Source: Candidatus Shapirobacteria bacterium (GTDB taxonomy: Bacteria; Patescibacteriota; Microgenomatia; UBA12405). Taken from it: 64,000 bases of DNA. The notes beneath the pieces were generated by a model. It made no database searches, had not been told where the DNA came from, and was given only the letters and a program-made list of their open reading frames with translations. The translations under genes and the position numbers were made by a program. How positions within the stretch are numbered: the first letter of the stretch is position 1; the number at the start of each line of letters is the position of its first letter. The stretch lies in the NCBI GenBank assembly GCA_041665485.1, contig JBAYIT010000002.1, forward strand, positions 5,867-69,866, read 5' to 3'. This document shows positions 48,700-55,507 of the stretch, one piece after another.

Positions 48700-48705
48700 A
48701 CAAAA

Positions 48706-49506
48706 GTGCTTGATCTAATTTCTGAAATCAAAAACATTTTTAAGTGGCGCGAACTTCTCTTTCAAATGGTTGGCCGGGAAGTCAAAGCCCGCTACAAACA
48801 ATCAATTCTCGGCTACTTTTGGGTAGTCCTCAATCCATTAGCTCAAATGCTGGTCATGAGCTTTGCTTTTTCTCTAATTTTACGCATTCCTACCAACGCC
48901 GCTTCAAATATTCCCTACAGCATTTTTCTTTTTGTTGCCCTTCTTCCCTGGAATCTCTTTGCCAACTCTTTATCTTCTTCAGCCCGATCTCTAGTCGACG
49001 CATCCTCGCTTATTACCAAGATATATTTTCCTCGAACCATTCTAGTTGTTGCCGCCATTGTTGCAAAAATCGTCGACTTTCTTTTCGCCTTGATTATCCT
49101 CATTGGTTACATGGTTATTTATCAAATTCCCATCAATACAAATATCCTATGGGTCTTTCCAATCTTTGTAATCCAACAAATCTTTACCATCGGGCTTTCC
49201 TTTTTCTTCGCCGCCGCCAATCTTCTCTATCGTGATATTCAATATCTTCTCACTCTCCTTCTAACTCTCTGGATGTATCTTACCCCCATTATCTATCCGG
49301 CCGACATTGTCCCTCCACAATATAAAATTTTCTTCCAACTCAACCCTCTCTCGGTAATTGTTAATGCCTACCGTCAAGTAGTTTTAGGTGGTTCTCCACC
49401 AAATTACACCAGTCTCTTTATTGCCCTTTCTTTGTCTTTACTAACTTTCACATTAGGACTTTCTTATTTTAAATCCCGCGAAAAAATCTTCGCTGATAAT
49501 ATCTAA
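48706..49506 (+). CDS. wzm: ABC-2 polysaccharide export permease
   Basis: REVKARYKQSILGYFW..LNPL, KIYFPR, YRD, TPIIYP, LNP. Confidence 0.92.
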   Translation: MLDLISEIKNIFKWRELLFQMVGREVKARYKQSILGYFWVVLNPLAQMLVMSFAFSLILRIPTNAASNIPYSIFLFVALLPWNLFANSLSSSARSLVDASSLITKIYFPRTILVVAAIVAKIVDFLFALIILIGYMVIYQIPINTNILWVFPIFVIQQIFTIGLSFFFAAANLLYRDIQYLLTLLLTLWMYLTPIIYPADIVPPQYKIFFQLNPLSVIVNAYRQVVLGGSPPNYTSLFIALSLSLLTFTLGLSYFKSREKIFADNI

Positions 49507-49507
49507 T

Positions 49508-50236
49508 ATGACAAAATCTATTATTGAGTTTGTTAATGTCCAAAAAGACTTTAATCTTACCTCTCAAAAAACTTTCAAAGAGTTTTTGCCGGCTCTATTT
49601 CTTGGTGAAAAAACTCACGATTCTTTCACCGCTCTTAGTGACGTTTCTTTTACTATTAATGCCGGAGAAACCATTGGCATTATCGGCCCTAATGGTTCAG
49701 GCAAATCAACTATTCTAAAACTTGTCGCCAAAGTTATGTCTCCAACCTTCGGCAAAGTTGAAGTTCACGGTAAAGTATCGCCTCTTATCGAACTTGGTGC
49801 TGGTTTTCACCCTGAACTTACCGGTAAAGAAAATGTCTATTTAAGTGGTGCCATCTTAGGACTCAAAAAAAGACAGATCGACGAACATTTTAAATCAATT
49901 GTTGACTTTGCCGGGCTTGAAGAATTTATTAATCAGCCCATCAAACACTTTAGCTCCGGCATGTATATGCGCCTAGCTTTCGCCGTTGCCGTTCACGTTG
50001 ACCCAGAAATTCTTATTGTTGACGAAATTTTGGCTGTTGGTGACGCTCCTTTTCAGGCTAAATGCTTCACTAAAATGGAAGAATTCAAAAAGAAGGGAGT
50101 CACTATTCTTTTTGTCTCCCACTCTCTCAATACCATTCAATCTTTTTGCACTCGCGTGCTCTACATCAAACAAGGAAAGCTAATCGCCGATGGCCCCAGT
50201 TCTCAAGTCTGTCAGCAATATCAAAATGACCAATAA
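49508..50236 (+). CDS. wzt: ABC polysaccharide export ATPase, no C-terminal carbohydrate-binding domain
   Basis: GPNGSGKST, ELGAGFHPELTG, FSSGM, ILIVDE, VSH; 242 aa. Confidence 0.92.
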   Translation: MTKSIIEFVNVQKDFNLTSQKTFKEFLPALFLGEKTHDSFTALSDVSFTINAGETIGIIGPNGSGKSTILKLVAKVMSPTFGKVEVHGKVSPLIELGAGFHPELTGKENVYLSGAILGLKKRQIDEHFKSIVDFAGLEEFINQPIKHFSSGMYMRLAFAVAVHVDPEILIVDEILAVGDAPFQAKCFTKMEEFKKKGVTILFVSHSLNTIQSFCTRVLYIKQGKLIADGPSSQVCQQYQNDQ

Positions 50237-50245
50237 AATTTCGAG

Positions 50246-50431
50246 CTATTTTTCGCCAAACCAAATTCCATACTCAACTGCCAATTCATCAGTACTTTCT
50301 GAAGCAATGTCTACCGCCTCTTCCAAATCCTTTCCTTTTCCTAAATCGCTAATAACGCTATCATCGCTGGCACACATCAACTTTACCTCAAAATTCTTCC
50401 TATTAATAAATATGTAATTATCAGCACTCAT
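50246..50431 (-). CDS. Small acidic hypothetical protein (MSADNY...VEYG)
   Basis: Fills the wzt-GT2 gap almost exactly; ATG start with GGTATCAT -10-like box 5 nt upstream. Confidence 0.6.
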   Translation of the reverse strand: MSADNYIFINRKNFEVKLMCASDDSVISDLGKGKDLEEAVDIASESTDELAVEYGIWFGEK

Positions 50432-50436
50432 ACCCT

Positions 50437-51426
50437 ATGATACCGAAAAAACGGAAAAAATCAAATAAATCAAAAATTAATCAACCAACTGGAATATCGA
50501 TCGTCATTCCCAATTGGAACGGCCAAGCCTTCTTGCCCTCCTGCCTTAACTCTCTATTAACCTCCATCAAAAAAACCAAAAACATATTGTTTGAAATAAT
50601 CCTTGTCGACAACGCCTCCACCGACAAATCTGTCTCTATCTTTAAATCCAGCGTACCAGCTTACCAGCGTACTAAGGTATTGCGACTCCGTCGCAATACC
50701 GGCTTCGTCTACGCCGTCAACAGAGGCATTGAAGCTTCCCAATTCGATTACGTTTGCATTTGCAACAACGACCTTACTGTTGATCAAAATTGGTTTACCG
50801 AAATCGTCAAAGCCATCCAGCGCACCAGCGAACCAGCGAACCATCGCACCAGCGAACCAATCACCACTTTCTCCGGTCTAGTTCTCAACAAAGATGGCAC
50901 TAAAATCGAGAGCAGGGGGTTAAGATTCTACCCATATGGCAAAGCCGAAAACATCGCCAACGGCCTCCCTTTTTCAAAAACTAACATCCATCATCTAAGT
51001 TCTAAGAACTATCTGATTTGGGGTTCTTCCGCCTCCATAGTCATCTACCACAAACCGACTATTTTAAAAGTTGGTCTCTTTGATGAACGTTTCTTTGCCT
51101 ACGAAGAAGATGTTGACCTCGCCTACCGCCTTAACAAATCCGGCTTCAAAACCCTCTTTGTTCCCACCGCCATCTCTTATCATCTTGGTGGCGGTACTTC
51201 TTCTAAAATGGGCAACTTCCGCCAACAGATGGATTTCAAAAATTGGATTTTATTAATTGCCAAAAACTATAGTTTCAGGGAAATCCTTGCCAATTCTCCA
51301 GTCATTTTCATCGAACGCCTTAGAAACCTCTCCGGTGTTGTTAAATCCACCCCCCTCCCCAAACTCCCTCAAACCCTCTTTTCCGTCTTCTCCCAAACCC
51401 TCTCTGCCCTTATTCAAAAAAAATAA
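50437..51426 (+). CDS. GT2 glycosyltransferase containing repeat-derived loops
   Basis: IPNWNG, VDNASTD, CNND, FDERFFAYEEDVDL. Confidence 0.9.
   Translation: MIPKKRKKSNKSKINQPTGISIVIPNWNGQAFLPSCLNSLLTSIKKTKNILFEIILVDNASTDKSVSIFKSSVPAYQRTKVLRLRRNTGFVYAVNRGIEASQFDYVCICNNDLTVDQNWFTEIVKAIQRTSEPANHRTSEPITTFSGLVLNKDGTKIESRGLRFYPYGKAENIANGLPFSKTNIHHLSSKNYLIWGSSASIVIYHKPTILKVGLFDERFFAYEEDVDLAYRLNKSGFKTLFVPTAISYHLGGGTSSKMGNFRQQMDFKNWILLIAKNYSFREILANSPVIFIERLRNLSGVVKSTPLPKLPQTLFSVFSQTLSALIQKK
50648..50679 (+). repeat. Intragenic octamer array
   Basis: CCAGCGTA CCAGCTTA CCAGCGTA CTAAGGTA. Confidence 0.8.
50817..50860 (+). repeat. Intragenic octamer array
   Basis: CCAGCGCA CCAGCGAA CCAGCGAA CCATCGCA CCAGCGAA CCAA, encoding QRTSEPANHRTSEP. 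Confidence 0.88.
50980..51014 (+). repeat. Degenerate intragenic heptamer array (TCTAAGA type)
   Basis: ACTAACA TCCATCA TCTAAGT TCTAAGA ACTATCT; resembles 31987..32017. Confidence 0.55.
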
Positions 51427-51449
51427 TTTCCTATAAAATAGTATAAATC

Positions 51450-51794
51450 ATGTCAATTTTAAAAATAGACCACATCCCAAGCCCTGAAGATGTTATCGCT
51501 CTAACACAAGAATTTCCCGAATATATAAAACTCTCTGCTGATTTAAACAAGCAAATATTGTATGGTGGAAGCCGTCTGCATCATGATTGTGAACAAAAAT
51601 TAATTAATCAAGAGTCTTCAGAAAATAAACATATTTGGAGTAGGGGAGTCAATCTCGCCACTAAAAAAATAGATTACGAGGCCGTAGCTAACATCAAACC
51701 ATCGATGGGTAATCCCAGTTCTGAAATTTTAGATCCGGAAAAACGGCGAAAATTTAAGGATTTAGTTAAAATCTATTTTCCCGACTATGAATAA
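51450..51794 (+). CDS. DUF5674-like small protein
   Basis: YIKLSAD...YGG..LHHDCE..L...S....IW...IDYE...NIKP..GN.S.EI.DP pattern; 114 aa. Confidence 0.7.
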   Translation: MSILKIDHIPSPEDVIALTQEFPEYIKLSADLNKQILYGGSRLHHDCEQKLINQESSENKHIWSRGVNLATKKIDYEAVANIKPSMGNPSSEILDPEKRRKFKDLVKIYFPDYE

Positions 51795-52059
51795 CAACCA
51801 ATATCTTGAATATATGAATTTAACCACCGACGCCAAGCGAGCTGTCTACGAACTAGTAAGTCCAGAAATAGGAAACAACAGCTACTTCCTCCGTCAATAT
51901 TTGTTTGGTATTTCTCAATACTTTTCCCACTTAAAAAACTTTCGCCAGTCTTTTAACCTCGACTTACTTGAATCCTCAAACACCAATCCAAAAATCAAGG
52001 CAGAATATTTACTCGACAACAACCGAATAATTTTGAATTTTATTAAAAAATCTTCTTAA
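51787..52059 (+). CDS. Small helical hypothetical protein coupled to the DUF5674-like gene
   Basis: 90 aa ORF overlapping the upstream gene by 8 nt. Confidence 0.6.
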   Translation: MNNNQYLEYMNLTTDAKRAVYELVSPEIGNNSYFLRQYLFGISQYFSHLKNFRQSFNLDLLESSNTNPKIKAEYLLDNNRIILNFIKKSS

Positions 52060-53020
52060 ACAGCCTCGTCAACTTTTCTTCGCTATGCCTTAGTCGCATA
52101 TTTTTTTCCTCAATCATCGCCACATCTTCAACTATCGTTTTAACCTTTGCTTTTTGGCATATTTTTAGCAATTCTGAATGCTCTAGGCGGTAAAAATCCA
52201 TCACCTTTTTTAATTTTCTTGTTGGTAATATCCCCAAATCAGCCATAACCACCAAGTCAAACGGTTTCTTCATTTTTATATATTTTTCAAACACCTCAAC
52301 AATTTCTTCTTGACTAAACCCTTTATTTTCAAAAGCCGTTGTCATTAAATTTGTCAGCAATATCTTCTTGGCCCTCGATCTTCTATAAGCTTGGGCCACC
52401 CCCTCCACTAAAAAATTAATCACCACCGATCCATACATACTTCCCGGGCAAACAATAATCACCTCTGCCTTACCTAAAGCCTCAATCACCTCACAATTTA
52501 TTGCCACTTTAGGCTTTAGCCATACGTCTTTAACCTGATCATCAGACATTCTTAGCTCATCCAGCCTGTGTTCTCCCTCATAACTTCTTCCACTTCTTGT
52601 TTTAAAACAAACATTACTTGGCTCCAAAGACACCGGTATCACTCTCCCGCAAATCTTAGCCCCGGTTAGTTGAGAAAATAAAGTGTCCACACGGCTCAAG
52701 TTTCCTACTTTTTCCGCCATAAATTGAAAAAATATGTTGCCAAAATTTCTATCTCTGCCATCTCTAAATTTGAGCATTTCCTCCCAAATCTCTTTTTGTT
52801 TCCCATTTTTCCATAAAGATATCATCGATCGCCAATAGTCAGAAAACGCCAAGATGTTTCCTCTCTCATCAGTCCGAATTCTGCCGCTATCTCCTCCGCT
52901 ATCAAACGGCGTTACTATCGAATCAATGTTCTCAAACCCGGCCCGAATCAATGCCCGATTGACAATCGGCATCCCCGACCCTCCGCCAATTGTGCAAATT
53001 CTTTTCCCCAAAGTCATCAT
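52043..53020 (-). CDS. yvcK: YvcK/GlmR (CofD-like) family protein
   Basis: TIGGGSG, IVTPFDSGGDSG, NFGN, VIPVS, GEH..D, CPGSMYGSV, NLMT. Confidence 0.85.
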   Translation of the reverse strand: MMTLGKRICTIGGGSGMPIVNRALIRAGFENIDSIVTPFDSGGDSGRIRTDERGNILAFSDYWRSMISLWKNGKQKEIWEEMLKFRDGRDRNFGNIFFQFMAEKVGNLSRVDTLFSQLTGAKICGRVIPVSLEPSNVCFKTRSGRSYEGEHRLDELRMSDDQVKDVWLKPKVAINCEVIEALGKAEVIIVCPGSMYGSVVINFLVEGVAQAYRRSRAKKILLTNLMTTAFENKGFSQEEIVEVFEKYIKMKKPFDLVVMADLGILPTRKLKKVMDFYRLEHSELLKICQKAKVKTIVEDVAMIEEKNMRLRHSEEKLTRLFKKIF

Positions 53021-53880
53021 TTATCCCTCCGATTGCCATTATTGGCATGATAGGCCTCGACATAATTTGAACGGGTCAAGACTTTATCGATCCATCTCAC
53101 CTTTAGCTTTTCACTAAGTTGCTTGATAAAGCCGTAATCCCCACACATATTATTTGTCCAATTAGACTTATCTTTATGTTTAGAATGAAATATAAAGCCA
53201 GTTCCAGTAACATCTCCACGAACTATTTTTTTCCCAAAGCTTAGGGAGGGAACAGTTTTGTTAGGAAACCACACTTTCCACACATATAACGTATTCTCAT
53301 CCAGCAAGTAAGTTGCCAACTTTTCCAAGGAATATTTATTTACCAACATATCATCGTCGTCAAGGTACATCACCCACCCCTCTTTCACTTCTTTAATTAA
53401 TCTATTTAAATATAAATTATAAGGAAAATCTGCCTCTTTTTTTCTCTTCAATCTTGGATACTCAATAATATCTCTTTTGTTTATTCCACCAAGATAATCC
53501 ATTGACTTTTTATCATCAATTCCAATTATTTGCCTAACATTTACATAAGTTTGATTAACTACCGATTGCCGGCACTCTTTAAAAAACACCGGTCTACCTG
53601 CCGTTCTAGTTAAAATATTAATTAACGGCTTCTCTTTCATCAATATTCCTTTTATTTTCTCTCCGATACTTAATCCCTCATTTTCTATTTTTTTCAGATG
53701 TCTGATATTGGCCTCAACTATTCTCTTTAAGTCAGTTTCGTTCGCACCTCTTCTCTCCATCTTCCCAAAATTTCGATAATGCTCACAGGCTTTTCTTTCA
53801 TCGTCAATCCCCGCTGGAACCAAATCAGGATAAAATTTTACATACCACTCCCAATCAAAATCGCTTTTATTCACTCTCAT
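53017..53880 (-). CDS. GT-A (GT2-like) glycosyltransferase with an N-terminal FDxxxY..YPDL...HY...G module
   Basis: FDWEWYVKFYPDL...EHYRNFGKMERR, then INILTRTAGRP, PYNLYLN, YLDDDD. ATG 53880 preferred. Confidence 0.75.
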   Translation of the reverse strand: MRVNKSDFDWEWYVKFYPDLVPAGIDDERKACEHYRNFGKMERRGANETDLKRIVEANIRHLKKIENEGLSIGEKIKGILMKEKPLINILTRTAGRPVFFKECRQSVVNQTYVNVRQIIGIDDKKSMDYLGGINKRDIIEYPRLKRKKEADFPYNLYLNRLIKEVKEGWVMYLDDDDMLVNKYSLEKLATYLLDENTLYVWKVWFPNKTVPSLSFGKKIVRGDVTGTGFIFHSKHKDKSNWTNNMCGDYGFIKQLSEKLKVRWIDKVLTRSNYVEAYHANNGNRRDK

Positions 53881-53896
53881 ATAATACAATATCCTA
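53881..53896. promoter_or_regulatory. Putative overlapping divergent -10 boxes in a 16-nt gap
   Basis: TACAAT (+, 53885-53890) 6 nt before GTG 53897; TATTGT (-, 53886-53891) 5 nt before ATG 53880. Confidence 0.45.
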
Positions 53897-55507
53897 GTGC
53901 CTCGACTCCTAGACAAGCTCATCCAAAAAAAACTTCTCCTCAAAACTAATTTTGACTATTTTTTTTGGTTCCAAAAAAAAACATCAATCAAAAAAGAACT
54001 CCCCATTTTAAAGTACCAACCCCTAATTAGCATTATAGTTCCAGTTTACGACCCTCCTGAAAATTTCTTCAAAAAATGCCTCGACTCAGTTCTTAATCAA
54101 ACTTATCAAAACTGGCAACTTTGCCTAGTTGACGACTGTTCTCCCAATTCAAATATTAGAAAAATAATTTCTGATTATGCCAAAAAGGACTCCCGTATCA
54201 AATACTCTTTTAGAAAAGTAAACGGCCATATTTCTCAAGCCAGCAACGACGCCATTACCCTGGCTACCGGCGAATTTATTGCTCTCCTTGACCACGACGA
54301 TGAAATTGCTCCCCACGCCTTATCCAGTATCGTCCTGCTCCTCAACAAATCTCCTAAAACCGATCTTATCTATTCTGATGAAGACAAAATAAACAGGTGG
54401 GGGATTCACTGCGATCCTTCATTTAAATCAGATTTTGCCCTCGATCGTTTTTTGTCTAATAACTATATTTGCCACCTGTCAGTCATCCGCAAATCACTCA
54501 TCAATAAAATTGGCGGATTTCGCCCTGGATATGAGGGCTCTCAAGACTACGATTTGATTTTAAGAGTTATTGAAAACACCAAAAATATCGCCCATATTCC
54601 AGATATTCTCTATCACTGGCGAAAAACTCCAAATTCTACTGCCTCTGTTTATTCAATCAAAAGCTACGCCAACCAAGCCTCTACCAATGCTCTAACCGAC
54701 CATTTTAAACGCCAGAAAATCAAGGCTACAGTTCAAAATGGGCTTAAACTTGGTACTTTTCGCGTCTCTTATTCCATTTTAAAAAAACCTTTAGTCTCGA
54801 TTATTATTCCCTCCAATAATGCTAGTCTTCTAACCAACTGTCTTCAAACTATCATCGATAATACTACTTATCAAAATTACGAAATAACCACTGTCAATAA
54901 TGGCTCTGAAAAATTTAACTATTCTGCCGTCAATAATTTTGGGGTAACCAAGTCAACGGGGGATTATCTTTTATTTTTAAACAACGATATTGAAATTATT
55001 ACCCCAGAATGGATTGAAAACATGCTTGAGCATGCCCAAAGGCCAGATATTGGCGCTGTTGGCGCCAAATTACTTTACAAAAACGGCCAAGTCCAACACG
55101 CCGGAGTCATCTTGGGGGTCGGCGGTGTTGCCAACCACAACTTTTATCGTCTTCCAGATAGCATAAGTCAGCCATTCCCCCTTCTCAACGCCAAAGACAT
55201 TGTTAACAACTTTTCCGCCGTCACCGGCGCTTGTCTAATGGTTGCCAAAAGTAAATTTGGTAAAGTTGGCGGCTTTGATGAGTCCCTTTCTATTGCCTAC
55301 AACGACGTCGACCTTTGTTTGAAACTAAATAATCTGGGCTTTCGCACCCTCTACACCCCCTACGCCGTCGCCTACCACCTCGAGTCGACCTCTATTTCCC
55401 CCAATCGCGATCAGGTCCAGTTTGCCCGCGAACAAGAACTCTTCCGTTCCAAATGGTCAAAGCTAATTGAAAACGACCCTTTCTACAATCCTAATTTACC
55501 TCGCTAG
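53897..55507 (+). CDS. Dual-domain GT2 glycosyltransferase (WsaE/RfbC-like O-polysaccharide polymerising type)
   Basis: First domain LDHDD, YSDEDK, GSQDYD, LYHWR; second domain LNND, VQHAG, AVTGAC, YNDVD. Confidence 0.88.
   Translation: MPRLLDKLIQKKLLLKTNFDYFFWFQKKTSIKKELPILKYQPLISIIVPVYDPPENFFKKCLDSVLNQTYQNWQLCLVDDCSPNSNIRKIISDYAKKDSRIKYSFRKVNGHISQASNDAITLATGEFIALLDHDDEIAPHALSSIVLLLNKSPKTDLIYSDEDKINRWGIHCDPSFKSDFALDRFLSNNYICHLSVIRKSLINKIGGFRPGYEGSQDYDLILRVIENTKNIAHIPDILYHWRKTPNSTASVYSIKSYANQASTNALTDHFKRQKIKATVQNGLKLGTFRVSYSILKKPLVSIIIPSNNASLLTNCLQTIIDNTTYQNYEITTVNNGSEKFNYSAVNNFGVTKSTGDYLLFLNNDIEIITPEWIENMLEHAQRPDIGAVGAKLLYKNGQVQHAGVILGVGGVANHNFYRLPDSISQPFPLLNAKDIVNNFSAVTGACLMVAKSKFGKVGGFDESLSIAYNDVDLCLKLNNLGFRTLYTPYAVAYHLESTSISPNRDQVQFAREQELFRSKWSKLIENDPFYNPNLPR

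Noticed and set aside
51350-51410. C-rich 9-nt-periodic stretch at the GT2 3' end, and similar 9-mers at 33500, 35945 and 50457
   Set aside because: The period is a multiple of three and weak; it can be explained by amino-acid repetition and strand skew.
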